From NCBI GenBank assembly GCA_038087875.1, contig CM075989.1:11160001-11224000 (forward strand): a DNA stretch of 64,000 nt, written 5' to 3'. The translations under genes were made by a program, and so were the position numbers. A model generated the notes under the pieces. The model had not been told where the DNA came from. It worked only from the letters and a program-made list of their open reading frames with translations, and made no database searches. Positions 24,034 through 38,031 of this stretch are shown piece by piece. This stretch comes from Malacoraja senta. Lineage: Eukaryota. Within the stretch, counting starts at the first letter, position 1, and each line of letters begins with the position of its first letter.

Positions 24034-26062
24034 GTATCCTTTGTAGTTTTGAACAACTTAATGCAAAGCACTGGACAAACTAAAGCCGATCTGCTTTAAA
24101 TCTTTAATATATGAGCTGCAAGTCCTCTTTCACTATAGAGAAGGAGCAGAAATGTAATCACTCATCTTGGATCATAGTGGATGATGTACAGACATAGAAA
24201 AATTGTTGAAAATGCATTTGGGATTTCAGTGCTGATAAATCTAACAAAGTGATTTTTTTTTTTAAGTATTAAAATTTAATTATCCATTTTTCAATTGCAC
24301 TCACCAACTTCAGTGCATCAATTGCTTTATTGATATTTACTTTCACTGGTATTCATTGAATGGGGTTATTAGCTTGGTTATAGATTCTAACAGAGTAATG
24401 TGCTTTCAGTTGAAATGAAACGGTCAGTGAAAGATTTCTATTTATCGTCTGAACATTCAGATGCAATGGGTCTTGAGTATTGCTACTTTCACCCCAGTGT
24501 GTGGATGCATTTAATAAAATATCTATATTTTTTTAATTAAGGCTGTAATTTGGTTTTAATTAGGTTGTAATTAAATGTGTAATCGGGCAGGAGGTCCAGA
24601 AGCTTCAAGTTGGGGCAGCACGGTGGCATAGAGTTGCTGCCTTACAGTGCCAGAGACCCTGTCTGTAAAGAGTTGGTACGTTCTCCCCGTGACCGCGTGG
24701 GAATGGGGGTTTTCGCCCACATTCCGGAGATGTATAGGTTTGTAGATTAATTGGTTTTGTAAAAATTGTAAATTGTCCCTAGTGTGTGATGAATAGTGCT
24801 ACTATATGGGGATCTCTGGTCGGCACGGACTCAGTGGGCCGAAGGGCCTGTTACCGCATCATATCTCTAAACTAAATTAAACTAAACTAAAAGGTTACAC
24901 CCCACCAGGCTCAGCAACATCTACTTTCCTATGTGCATGTGATGCTGCTGCAAGCAAGATGTCGTACCTGTACCTCACCGTATTTTTAGAAATGACCTGT
25001 AAACTTGACTTGTCTTGGTTTGCTAAAAGGAATTCGAATGGCAGAGCTGAAAGAACAGCATATGACAAGTGTTAACCCATCACAGAACATCTTTATGCAC
25101 ATTAATTTTGAAAAAATTGTCTGTTGATTATTAGTTTAAAAAGATTAATCGTCATTCTCCAAACTTAATTTCTGACTACTTGGTTTATTTTTCTCCATAG
25201 CTCCACGGTAGTGTGGAAGATAGTTTCAAGTTCGTTTATCTTTACCTTTTGGGAATCTTGCTTCACCTCTGCCCAACATTACTTTTTTTTTGTCCCAATT
25301 ACATTTGACTTGGGAGAGTTAATTATAGAATGAGGATCTCATTGTCTACGCTGCTGCCTTATGTTTAGCTTATTACTTGGAGGAAATAGACCTAAAAACA
25401 GATTTTCGTATGAACATTTGAAAGACAGACGAGGCAGCTAATTCGCCAAGCATGAAAGGCAATGGAACATACTCATAGTTGCAACACTAAAGTAGCAGGA
25501 AATATCAAGTATTATTTTGCTGTTGTCCTCTTTGCTAATCAACTGATATAAAGTATAACCATATTTTGTGTTTTATGATCTTTGAGTGGCAGAGCTCCCA
25601 TGGTTATCTTGTAATTGTAAAACAAAACATGTTCTGCTCAGAATATTGAAATCTGATTCATACACACACCTATGAATATTATGTAGGTAAAAGCCAAGCT
25701 GCAAAGGCAGCAAGCCCGCACAAATTAACAGCTGTGCTTTGAATTTGCAGCGGATCTATGTGGCACTTGTCCAGATCAGTTTTGTTATTCTGGCAACTGA
25801 GTGGCTTGTGAGGTGTGAAGTCTTTCACATGGGATTGGAGTTACGTGTCGGCCAAACCCATGAGAGCCATGAAAGCCGTGGTTTCTTTCAGTGAACCAGC
25901 TGGATTTTTACAACTGAGATTTTTATGCTAATATTTTGGGTGCTGGCCCAAAACATCCTGATTTACTGGATCCAAACACAGATTTGCCAGATTGAAGCCA
26001 TTGCTGAGTTTAGTACCTGTTTATCCATTGTTATAAAATTCCTTAATATTATGCTTTTTCAG
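24034..26062 (+). other. U12-type (minor spliceosome) GT-AG intron 3 of SPG11
   Basis: 5' splice site GTATCCTTT; branch-like TTCCTTAAT at 26039-26047 close to the AG; splicing restores GWIYIYD. Confidence 0.88.
24612..24891 (+). mobile_element. HE1-like SINE
   Basis: Same family; (CTAAA)n tail; interrupts a Rex1-like fragment. Confidence 0.85.
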
Positions 26063-26261
26063 ATATTTATGATACTGTAGATGGCAAACAGCTTGGGAAT
26101 GTTAATCTTGCACTCTGCCAGATGGGAGTGTGTGAAGAAGCTCGTGATGCCTGTGACTTAACCTGTCTGAGCAGACTTGGGTTATCGCCTGACTTGGATG
26201 TTGCTGTGGCTGTGAACTGCTTTAACCATGCTATTTGTGTCAGCTTGAATAATTTTTTCAG
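26063..26261 (+). CDS. SPG11: SPG11 coding exon 4
   Basis: YIYDTVDGKQLGNVNLAL...LSPDLDVAVAVNCFNHAICVSLNNFFR. Confidence 0.92.
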
Positions 26262-26589
26262 GTATATTAGTTTTTATATTTTTACTATCAAGGTAGAAAT
26301 CATCAGAATATCCATCACTATTTATCAAGTTGCTTCACAAAAGAATAGAACGTGAGAAATATATCACATGAGAAGATACTTCAATTTCATCCTCTGTAAA
26401 TACTGCTTCTGGCATCATAACAGGATTCCTTTCACTCCTGTCTATTAGTGCCCCATCTCAACTGATGCCTGTATTTTTTCTCATCTGGAGCTAAATGTTG
26501 ACTTTAGTAGGACTCTTCACTTGACACTACTGGAATGCTTCACTTGACACTTTTGCCCCTTTTGCCCCTTGGGTATTAGACTCCAAATG

Positions 26590-26850
26590 GAAGTTTGAGT
26601 CCGGCAAGTCACAGGTAGATATACGTGAGGGGGCTTTGATTGGCAGATGGGTGGACAAAGACTAGAGATGTAAAGGAGATAAAAGCATGTCAGGTAAGGT
26701 GAGGTTCTCGGATGTCCTAGAATGGAAAGCCTCAGCAGATGTGGTGGAGATGGAGAAATTGCAAGTAGGAGATGGTATCCTTGCAAGAGGCAGGATGAGG
26801 AGGTGTAGTCCAGATAACTGGGAGTCAGTGGGTTTGCAGTAGATTGTAAT
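26590..26850 (-). mobile_element. Penelope-like element RT C-terminal fragment
   Basis: Minus strand YLDYTSS..SCKDTI...QFLHLHHIC, a degenerate YLDYTSSHP..CK..IPYSQFLRLRRIC. Confidence 0.65.
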
Positions 26851-27064
26851 CTGTTGTGCTTTACATTATAATTACAGTAGCCATTCTACGCTTTTACAGA
26901 GATGAAAAATGCATGACAATTTTGAAATCACAATTGAGGATAATATTAACGGTCCACTGGTGATTAAAACGATAACTTAAAGATCTACTACTTCAGTGGA
27001 GGTTCATTAAAAATTGAGGATATATTTATATGTGAAATTTCCTGTTATGTTATTCTTCTTACAG

Positions 27065-27205
27065 AGAACATCCTGATGACTTGCTGTGCACCAGTAAAGG
27101 TTCTAATAATAACTCTTTGAGAGCTCCCATTGGCGTCGATGAGGATGACCTTACTAGTTCTGTTTATAGTGAAAAAGTGCTCAATTTACCATTTCAACCA
27201 GATAG
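27065..27205 (+). CDS. SPG11: SPG11 coding exon 5
   Basis: EHPDDLLC...PIGVDEDDLTSSVYSEKVLNLPFQPDR; AG/GTAAG. Confidence 0.92.
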
Positions 27206-27418
27206 GTAAGGTTGGAAACTCAGAGCTGATTGCACTTTAATTTATTTGAAGTGAAATGAGTTAGGAATTACAAATATTATAAATGTTTATTTTGAAATAA
27301 TTGGACAAAATCCAAAGGGAGAATTAGAATTTTTTATGCTGCCCTTTATAACCTGAAAGGTATTGCTTGAAAGGCAGAAGAAAGCAAATTTATTAAGAAC
27401 TTTCAAAATAAACAGAGA

Positions 27419-27720
27419 GGCACAGTGTTGCAGCGGTAGAGTTGCTGCCTTACAGCGCCAGAGACCCGGGTTCAATCCTGACTACAGGTGCTGTCTGTAC
27501 GTTCTCCCTGTGACCCCGTGGGTTTTCTTCGGGTGCTTTGGTTTCCTCCCCACACTCTAAAGACGTATAGGTTTGTAGGTTGATTGGCTTCTGTAAAAAT
27601 TGTAATTTGTCCCTAGTGTGTAGAATGTTGCTCATGTACGGGGTAATCGCTGGTTGGCAGGGAATCGTTGGGCAGAATAGCCTGTTTCTGCACTGTGTCT
27701 CTAAAGTACAAAAGTAAAGT
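27419..27720 (+). mobile_element. HE1-like SINE
   Basis: GCAGCGGTAGAGTTGCTGCC...GGGTTCAATCC head. Confidence 0.85.
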
Positions 27721-27979
27721 CTACAGAAGAAATTTGTAAGGCCTTGTGCAAAGAGCTGGAGAGTGGGCTGATGCTAAGCTTTATCAAATGTTTAGAACAT
27801 TTACAATGGATTGAATGGTCTTCTCTGTGCTCTATGGTTTTATTTTGCACATTTGCTCCTAACATATTTTAAAATGTAGGTTCAATCGCTGATTAACATG
27901 TTACAGCAATACAAAGTTTATTGTATGAAAGTGTGAATTTATAGGAGTAAGTAAATTAAATAATTTGTGTTTGACTAAG

Positions 27980-28401
27980 ATCCTGGGCAGCCCGATTGCG
28001 AGCTTTCTACAATAAGACTAAAGTCTCATTGGCAGAAGAATTCCTGACAAGATCATCCACTCCCTGGTATCATGATGTGTCCAGTTCCAATTCAAATATT
28101 GCACCCTGTCACATCCGTTCTCATAAATCTAACACTTTTGGACAGAAGGAGGACCTAAACAGTCAAGAAAGTAAATGGCACAGAGTCTTGCACCTGCAGG
28201 GACTCAAGGAATCCATGATTATAGAGACCGTATCTGTTTCCGGATTCAGTGTTTTACTCACCCTTGTTGCTCCTGACTCTGGAGCGTTGACCATCGCATT
28301 CTGGGACTTACAAACTGAAGAAGTGACGTACCATCACATTGATGGTCATTCCTTGCCAGTGGAAGGAGGCGGCAAGGATGAATTATGTCTGTTTCTCACA
28401 G
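27980..28401 (+). CDS. SPG11: SPG11 coding exon 6
   Basis: SWAARL...VSVSGFSVLLT...IAFWDLQT...LCLFLT; 422 nt. Confidence 0.92.
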
Positions 28402-29069
28402 GTAAGCATTTGATATTTTAAAATAAATATTTATGCAGTTTTAAAAAAAAAGCACTTCTATCATATACTTTTCCAAGCAATTCGCGTTAATTCACTATTT
28501 TGAGATGTCTTCCTTGCTGGCCGAATGCAGCTGCTGTTCCATGCCAGCAGTGTTCTATTAACCGCTATGAGAAGAATGAGATTGATGCTGCTTTTTCCCC
28601 AGCAGCGTGTCTTGGTATGAGGTTGGTTGGCTGTGAAGTGGTTGCAAAGTAGATAGTAATATTAATTCTCCACCAAGACAGCTCCCTAGATGGAACTTGT
28701 GGCAGACAGCTGGAATTTCAATTTAACATCATTAGCTGAAGGACGTTTAATCTTTCAAATCCTCATTCCCATTAAGGGTCATACTGACACGAGTAGTATA
28801 TCAGTGTTTCAGTATACACAGCAGTCCTACTTGCTGGATCTATGTGCAGGAAACAGAATAATTAACAATGAGAACAGGCTATCTGTCAATTGTGTACTGC
28901 ATGGACCAGGACATGAAGTGTGTTCTCTGTGATTTGAGCCGAGAACAAAGTTGTGCAGAGATTATTTGGGATAAATGCATGCCCATTTAACCCATCTCAT
29001 CATGGCATAGCACTGAAAGGAAATCATGTCGTGCTTGGACAGGCACCTTGAATGAATTAGGACCAGAGG

Positions 29070-29350
29070 CCATAGCCTCTGAATAAAAGGATGTACCTTT
29101 AGAAAGGAGACGAGGAGGAATTTCTTTAGTCAGCGGGTGGTGAATCTGTGGAATTCATTGCCACAGATGGCTGTGGAGGCCAAGTCAATGGATATTTTTA
29201 AGGCGGAGATTGACAAATCCTTGATTAGTAAGGGTATTAGGGGTTATGGAGAGAAGGCAGGAGAATCGGGTTGAGAGGGAAAGATAGATTAGCCATGATG
29301 GAATGGTGGAGTAGATTTGATGGGCCGAATGGCCTAATTCTTCTCCTATC
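29070..29350 (+). mobile_element. CR1-clade LINE 3' end
   Basis: RRNFFSQRVVNLWNSLPQ.AVEA.S..IFK.EID; related minus-strand copies near 32990-33700, 34240-34680, 44330-44650, 62300-62820. Confidence 0.8.
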
Positions 29351-29569
29351 CCATTCATCCCACTCCCAGCCCTAATGTTCTGAAACTGGGTTCTGAAGGG
29401 GTGGAGTGACCATAAACCATTTGTCTACAAAACAGAAAATCACAAGCACTTTGCTCTTACAGTTATGATTATGAACACCTGGCTTGTGTACAACCCATTC
29501 ATACAACCAAGTGTTTTGCAGCCTGGTGGGATGGATTTGGCGGCTTTACTTGACTTTCAAAATACCACA

Positions 29570-29822
29570 TGGAAACAGACCCTTCAGCCCACTAAGTCCA
29601 TGCCGACCAGTGATCACCCCGTACATTAGCACTGTCTTGCAGACTAGAATTTACAATTAAGACAGAAGCCAATTAACCTACAAACCTGTACGTCTTTGGA
29701 GTGTGGGAGAAAACTGGAGCACCCAGAGAAAACCCACACTGCCATGCGGACAGCACCCTTAGTCAGGATCGAACTCGGGCCTCTGGCGGTGTAAGGCAGC
29801 AAATCTACCACTGCGCCGCCCT
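29570..29822 (-). mobile_element. HE1-like SINE
   Basis: Reverse complement of the same family. Confidence 0.85.
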
Positions 29823-30539
29823 GTTCCGGGGCTGCAGCCATCTTCTGCTGTGCGTGAACTCAGTTTGCAGCAATATCTGGCTTAAATCCGAGTTGAATGC
29901 TGTGGTCTAACTTTTTAGTTATGTCAGTCTTCGGGAATGGAACTCCGTCGTAACCTAGGGAGGAACTGTAATCCCAAAAGTCCCAATTGTTTAAAAGCTG
30001 CTATGGTAACACTTAAGTACGCCAATGAGTGAGAGCTGCATAATTTCAAAAGGAATGGTTCCTAAATGGAATTGACAAAATAATGATTGCATTCAACATA
30101 TATCTTCATTAACTGTTCTGCCTCTCACTTGTACTCTGTCCTCCCTACCCCCTCCTTTTGGTGTGCTGGGCGATTAATTCACAGGAACTGTCGTCATTTT
30201 TTATATCTGCATCTTGACAGTTATTTGCCTAAAGTGCACCAATGTGTCCATACAGCAGGATAGCTGTTATGCACCAATTTCCTAGATCTTGAGGTCAACT
30301 ACCCCCAAATGTTGCCTTCCCAACTGAGTTCCGGTATTGCCAGACTAACTGCAAATCAATCAGCACCTTCCTGAAAGTTGTGATGCAGACTGCCCAGCGT
30401 CAAATTAGTCATTTGGGAAGTTTACTAAGTTTACCATTTGAGAAGTGAAATGCCATAAAATGACAAAAAATAAGCTTTGAAGCCTTCATTCATTTTAATA
30501 CAAACATTCACTTTTGTATTTCAAATCTAATTTGTTTAG

Positions 30540-30685
30540 ACGCTGGCCTTTCCATGGTGGTGTTTGGTTTCTCACAAGAAGACCTCTTGAATCGTTTAAT
30601 GATTCATGGGAAAGCAGGCATCGTTGACTCATTGTGCCATCTCAATAATTGGAATCGATGTTCAATTCCCATTCATGCATTAGAG
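30540..30685 (+). CDS. SPG11: SPG11 coding exon 7
   Basis: GLSMVVFGFSQEDLLNRLMIHGKAGIVDSLCHLNNWNRCSIPIHALE, highly conserved; 146 nt. Confidence 0.96.
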
Positions 30686-33600
30686 GTAAGGGGAGACTGA
30701 AGGCTTCCAATTTAAAAGCATGTGTCAGTAATATTTTAATGGAAATGTTGGGTAAACATGCACGTCGATCCAACAATAGCTTGCGTGTATATACTATAGT
30801 ACCTATTAAAGTAACAAAATGGTGCTCTGAAGAAAATTACCAGATTGCAATACTGCCAATCCAGGAGCAAATATGAATCTAAGAAAAGTAAGATGAGTAA
30901 CAGAATAGGATAAAGGAAGGAAGGTTTTGGATGAGTATATCCAAATGAGTATATCAGGAGCATCCATGGCCGCTTCACTTGCCATGGATGCTCCTGATTC
31001 CCTGATAAGTTTCCCTGATTTAAAATTCCTTTTGAGTATAGTTTTGCCCCAACAATGTAAATGAGTAAAGAACAACTCAACTGCTCTTCCTAATTTACTT
31101 GAAATTTGTCTGATGATTTCCTTATTTATAACAAAATCACAATTGGTTTTCTTTATGATATATATGGTAGGATCATTGGATTGACAATCGAGAGACGAGA
31201 ATTGTAATCACTTCATTATGGCTCTGGAATTTGAGTTTAATAAATAAGCTGGATTTTATTATAAAGGTGGTCATTAGTAGTGCAAACTCTCAGACTGTCA
31301 TAAAACTCCCATCTGGTTCATCAGTGCCCTTCAGTCTGGCTTGTATGTGACTCCAGACCCACAACAGTGTGGTGGACTCTGAAAGGGCCAACAATCCCTC
31401 TCTTCACCAGCTAGTACTCTTCGGCAGCTATTATTTTGCTAGTAATGCCCACATTCTGAAAGTGAAATAAATAATTATTGCTCCCGTTGCTGTTGCTTGA
31501 AGCATCTTATGTTGAAAGAATTAGGTATGAAAACTGAGCACTTTGTTAACTGCCACATCTGCCAACGCTGCTTCATATTTTTTAATTATATTTCTTTAAC
31601 TGGATTTTCATGAAACTTGCTGAGTGATGTGCTGATTTATTTCCATTACACGGTTTTACACAAAACTAATTGCATACCTTCCTCTCAAAGTTCTCTGTGT
31701 TGATCACAACGTTTCAAGTTGGGAATTGACAAGTGTAGCGCTGTGGTTATTAATTGTCTTTTTAAAATATTTTCCCCTGACATCAAATTGTCTGGAAACA
31801 GTAGAACGAACACGTTGTAACTGAGCCAAAAAAAACAAAGTCATAAATCCCCTTGGAAATATTTATCTAACCTGCATGGTGACATTAATGTGTTTGGTTT
31901 GGTAAAGTTCTTCCATGTTCGGAGGAACTCATCTACTTTACAACAGTGGGGGGCTTTAGTCACTCTGCTGAGCCGTTTATTATGACCTTTAATCTCCAGT
32001 TTCAGGAAGGAATATGATATCTGCATACCCACAGTGTCTTGGCAGCCATGGTTTCTAGTTTCTTTCTTATACTATTAGATTTCTGCACCATCTGGAAAAG
32101 AAAAGATTTCAGCGGAACATATTTGGACAAACATTTTAAATGTTAACAATAATCTCCTTGTCCTGGCTTACTGTAGATTGTGAGCATCTCTGATATTGGC
32201 CTGATTTAGTGCAGGAATGTCCTCATATTGGGCCATGCAGCTACTAAACCGGAACAGTGCAGTGTTGGGGTTGGAGGGGAGGTGGAAAATATATTGAAGA
32301 GCATTTTTACATAAAATATTAATGTCTCTTGACACTGTTTAATTTTATTTTGTATTCCCAGTGCAAATAAGGTAAGTACCTGAAATTCGTGAGTGTCTTA
32401 ATAGGTAAATTAATCTTGCAATTTGAAAAGACAGAGTCTGGTCCAGGGACATTTGTTCTTGCTGCACAGCCAATAGAGTAATGAATGTGTGGTGGAATTT
32501 GGGAAGCCTACCTCCTATGTCTAACTCTTAATAATCCCCATTGTTTAAAGATTAGTAGTAGACGTTCAACAGCTATAATTCTCGTTCCAATAGAGTGCGT
32601 AGGGAGAAAAAGAGGTGAGATTGAGGATTGTGATTAGTATAATTTCTACATGAAGAAGGAAAGAGGCCCCAGCACTTTGTTTCCTTTTTTTGTATGCTGC
32701 ATGACCTGCTGAGTTACTCCAGCACTTTCCCCACTTTCTCAAGCCTGTTTTTGCAAACCAGCACTTGCAGTTCCTTGTTTCAACATGAGCAGCTTGTCCA
32801 TCTTGCAAAATTCCAGCAAAGTCACAAAATATTGACTAACAGTGATCAGCAAAGACTTTTAATATAGAACACAGCAGCCAGTCAATATCATGGGAGATAG
32901 AGAAAGTACAAAAGATAATTGTTCAGGTCCTACATTTGAAAGAGACATTTTGAAAATACAGATGAGTTTTATTTGACTGTTTGCAAGGTTAGTTTAAGAA
33001 CATAATACATAGGATGCAGAAGCAGGCCATTTGGCACCAAGTCCTCCCTGCTATCATCAAGATCATGGCTAATCTTTTTTCTCAGCATAATTGTCCTGCT
33101 CCATTACCTTTGATTTCCTTAATATCCAGAAAACCCGATTGCTCTGAATAAATTCAATATCTGACCTTCCAGATTACTGTATTCCAAAGATTCACTCGGC
33201 TTTGTATGAAGGAATTTTTCCTAATCTGTGTTATAACTGGCCTCCTTGTAATTCTGAGACTGATCCCTGATTTTAGATTCTTCAGTCAGGGGAAATATCA
33301 TCCCTGCATCTGCCCTGATGAACCCTGTAAAAGTTTAATAAATTACAATGAGTTGTCTCATTCTTCTTAATTCCAGGGAACGTAATCTCTCCTCATAGAG
33401 CCAATCCACCACCCCAGCACCCTCTCAATGAAGGTATATCCCGTATATAAGGTCCTGAAGGTATAAATCTGTATAAATGCCGCCATGTGTGGTCTCACCA
33501 AAGCTCTATTTAATTGCAGTAAGGCATCTGCACTGACTACACAAACCCTCTTGCAATAAAGCCAGCATACTATATACCTTCCCGACTACTTGCCTGCTCC

Positions 33601-34699
33601 TGCATGTTGGCTTTCACTGCCTTTTTGTACAATTCTAAATCCCTTTGAACACCATCAATGCACATTCTTTCACCACTAAAAATATTATCTCAGAGTGGAT
33701 AACCTCATTTTTCCAAGTTATTTTACATCTGTTACGTTGTTGTCTGGTCACTTAGTTTGTCTACTTCCCCTCAAAGTATTTTTACATTTTCCTCTCTCCT
33801 CACAATCCTACCTAGTTCTGTATCATCAACAAATATGGAAATATGACGTTGGTGCTCGTAGGCAAATCATTGATGTACATTATCAACAGCTGGGGTGCCA
33901 GCATCTATCCCGGAGGTGCCAGTTGTCATAGCCTAAAAAGGACAAATTTATTCCCATTCTTTACTTTTTGTTTAATGACTGTTTCTCAGTCTATGTCAGT
34001 GTATTACTCTAACTCTATATACCCTGCCCTTGTTGATCAATGTCCTATGTTAGACTTTTCCAATAGCCACCTGTAAATCTAAATGCACCAAAACCTCTGC
34101 TTCCTCCTTCCCTATTGTACCAGTCAGATCCTTCCAGTTCAGTAGATTTGTCAAATTAACTTTCCTTTCATATATCCATGCTAACTCTGCTCAATTCCAT
34201 TATTCTTTTTACAGTGTTTATTATCAGTACTTGGCCTCTGGCTTTCTGTGCCTTGATGATTCAAGTTCTCCTCTGATGTTTAAATGTAACGAGTGTCTTG
34301 GTCTTCACCATCCTCTCAGGCAGTGCATTCAAGCTTCTGTTCACCATCTGGATGAAAAAAATCCACAGATATCCTCTAAACCTTCTCCCTGCCTTAAATC
34401 CATATCCTGCGGCTTTGTGCATTTGTGCTAGTAAGATAAATTTAGTATCATCTATCCTATCCCTGCCCTTTCCAATATTGTACACCTCTCTCAGGTGCCC
34501 CGTCAGCCTTCTCTGCTCCAAGGAGAACAAACCCAGCTTATCTAGTCTTTCCTCATCACTGAAAGATTTGACCCAGGCAACATCCTGGTGAATCTCTTTT
34601 GCACCCCCTATAGTGCAATCACCTTTCAGTACTCTAACTGTGGCCTAACCAATATTTTATAAAGTTTTACCTTCACCTCTCTGCTCCAAATATGGGATT

Positions 34700-35570
34700 T
34701 TCCACACTAGTACTTTTTAAAGTGCCGTTGTCATTCCTTACCTATGGCCTCCCCCTACAGAATCCTCAATTTTGGCTCCTTCGATTTCCAGCATTACTGC
34801 TCTCACCCCCACTCCTCTCAGCCACCACCGAGATAGAACTATCCTCGTCCTCACCTTCCACCCTATGAGCCTCCACATTCAATGGATCATCCTTCATAAC
34901 CTGTGCCACCATCGATAGAATTCTTGCAAAGTCACCGTTCCCCTTGCAACTTCACCAACTGCAGCACCTCCCCATGCAGCTACCAGTGATTCACTGTCTG
35001 CTCTTTTAGCATTTCCCTTCCCATTATTTAGGGACCTTCCAAGTGAAGCATACACTTCTAATAGTGCATTGCATTCGGTTGTAACAATGTCGTCTTCAAA
35101 CAGATTTGCAGAGCAGCTGCATTCAGTCTGCAAGGTTGACCTTTAGCTTTCAGTCACTGATCATTTTGATACCCTGCCCCACTCCCACTCTAATCTCTAT
35201 CTTCGGCCTACATTGCTCTAACAATGGACTATGTAAACTCAAGGAACAGCATCTTATCTTGTGTCTGGACATATTGGTGTCCCAGGACTCAAGATTGCAT
35301 TTAACAATCCCCTCTCACTTCTCAGATAATGCTGTACCATTTTGATTTAATTTGTTTCTCTTTTTTTTCCTATCTAAAACTACAATTTATTGTGACAACT
35401 TTGGTCTATACCCTCTGTTGTCTTCATCCTCGCCTCTGCAATTTAAAGCACACTTGTTTTCTAACTTTTCTAATTTTGATGAAGGGTCCTTGAGCCAGAA
35501 AATGACACTGTCTCTCCAATGATGTAGCCTGGTCTGCTGAGTGCTTCTAGCATTCACTGTTTTCCTCTCA
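34700..35570 (+). mobile_element. Older Penelope-like GIY-YIG fragment with terminal repeat
   Basis: LVLTFHP.SLHIQ.IIL; KLKEQHLILCL; degenerate terminal repeat near 35480. Confidence 0.7.
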
Positions 35571-35959
35571 GCCATTGCTTGTAATGTTGCTTGTAATGGC
35601 TTAATTCTTGCAGTGTAATAACTACAGGATCAGCCAATATTCTGACTTTGATCTATACAATATATTGTAGAATTCATCTACAGCTTCAATTCAATCAACA
35701 AGACGATCCTGGCCTCACCCTAGCAAATATATCGCCTTTGTCCTATCCATTCCTTCCTCACCTCTCTGCAACTTTTCTCTCTTTCACAGTTCTGACCTGA
35801 ACTGAGGGTCATTGACCTGAAATGCAACTCTGTTTTTCTCTCCACTCATGCTGCCTGATCTGCTGAGTGTCTCCAGCAGCTATATAATATGGTTTTCACA
35901 TTGTGATAGCTTTGCACTATTTTCTGCTTTTTACCTCTGCTTTCTGTGAAGTTTAAAGA

Positions 35960-36460
35960 GTTTTGGCATGTCACCAAATTTGTTAACAAACTTCTACAGA
36001 TGTACTGTAGAAAATAACCTAACCGGTTCATTATGGTCTGGTGTGGAAACTTCAAGAGTTTGCAGAGAGTGGTGGATTCGCCATGGTCCATGATAGGCAC
36101 AGTCCTCCCTGCCATCGAAAGCACCCACATGAGGCACTGCCTCAAAAAGGCAGCATCTATCATCAAGGATCCCCACCTTCCTATCATGAGCTCTTATCGG
36201 TGCTACCATTACATCTATCGAGTACTTGAACTGATCTCCAGATCCCTAATCCAATCTTGCCAATGGAACGCCAAAAAATCACCTCTTGCTCTATCATGGT
36301 CTTGTTTTCTAATTGTGTATTTATGCACTCATGTGTTGTTTTGTTTTTTTGCAGTCTTTTTCTTTTCACTGCTTTATAGTTTTACATGTAATTTATATAT
36401 GATTTGTGTCGTGTGTCTGGTGCTGCTGCAAGCAAGATATTTATTGTACCTATACTTTAG
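35960..36460 (+). mobile_element. Rex1/Babar-like LINE 3' fragment
   Basis: FYRCTVE...VWCGN..KSLQRVV...HCLKKAASIIKDPH. Confidence 0.75.
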
Positions 36461-37385
36461 TGTAATTGTCCTGGTTTTCCACCACCCCATGTACTTCCTT
36501 TGAGACCGGTATAGTTTTATTAAAAAACAACTTGTATTTTATCTATTTCCTTAGACTTACAAGAAGTAATAAAAAAACATTTCAAAAGAAATGAACCCTG
36601 AGTCATGGTGTAAATGTTAGGGCAGGCTTGATGAAAAGGCTTTTTTTTGGTTCAAAATTGGAACTAGGATGGGATCAGAAGGTTTTAGGATAGGTGCCAT
36701 GAACAATTACACCAGAGGAGCCAGATTCACTACAGTCTTTAAGGTGCACCACAAGATTAAAGGAGGCTCGAAAAATGAATAGTTAATCCCAGACATTTCC
36801 CAGCGGGATCTGATAACACTCAGGAGAATGTTTACTTTTTGGAGATAGGATTGTATAAGATTAGAAGTTGTAACCCTTCATGAATTTTCTGTCTACCCTG
36901 CCATTTTATTGTTTCCCAGCTCGGTACTGAGACAATATATGAGCTATGATTAATTAAAGGACTTTATTTCCTGATACTCTTATCATGAACCATGTCAGCA
37001 GTTATAGTAGAGCCCCATAAGTAATGAAGACCCAGGGAAGCTGGCTGTACTCTCAAGCATTGGCAGGGAGCTGGTTTTAATTTACTTTAAAATACACAGT
37101 TCATTTATTATTTTAATTAAAATGTAAAATATATGAAATCATGAATTTTCTCAGGAAGTATAAGAGTCCAGAGGAGAATATTACAGAGCTTGGATGGGGT
37201 CAGGAATGGGGATAATGCCAGGAGAATAGTCATCTGTTCAGATGCTTAGAGAGTGCTGAATGGGACCAAACAATATTGATAGGAATTATGGAAATTTTAT
37301 GGCAGGAGGTCGGTGCTAAACACAAGGCATTTTAATCGATAGATAAAACAAAGAGAGAAATAAATGCTGGACTGTTGGAGGAGAT

Positions 37386-37688
37386 GGCACATTGGCATGG
37401 CTGGTAGAGCTGCTGCCTCACAGCTCCTGAGACCCAGGTTCGATCCTGACCTCGGGCGCCGTCTTTGTGGAGTTTGCGTCTTCTCCCTGTGATCACATGG
37501 GTTTACTCTAGGTGGTTAGTTTCTTCCCGCATACCTAAGACGTGCGGGTTTGTGGATTAAATGGCCTCTGTAGATTACCCCGAGTTTGTAGGGAGTGGAT
37601 GAGAAAGTGGGAAATCATAGTTCTGGGAAAGGGTGATCGATGGCCCGTGTGGGCTGAAGGGCATGTTTCCATGCTGTATTTTATAAAT
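37386..37688 (+). mobile_element. HE1-like SINE
   Basis: tRNA head with GGTTCGATCC; ends GGGCTGAAGGGCATGTTTCCATGCTGTA. Confidence 0.82.
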
Positions 37689-38031
37689 CTGTTTTTTTCT
37701 TAAAGGACGTTATAGCCAAGAAAGAATCGTAGTATGAAACAGTGGCATGCTTTATTCTTAACACAGTGTGTACAAAGACAGACCTGAAGTTAGAAGTACC
37801 TAATGTGGAAATTTGAGGAGTGTGAGCAATATCAATAAAATTGAGCTACATAATTGATGGCCAGGGAGAGAGGTGCAAGGGTTTGTAGATGGTATCGTCA
37901 ATCAGATGACAACCCCCTGTGACCCTGTTTCATAAGAGGCTCATCGAGTAGGTGCCGCAGTGTGATTAATGAGTGGTGATTCACTGCCTGCTAAAAGGAA
38001 ATAAATAATTTGTTTCACTTGAATATCCTAG

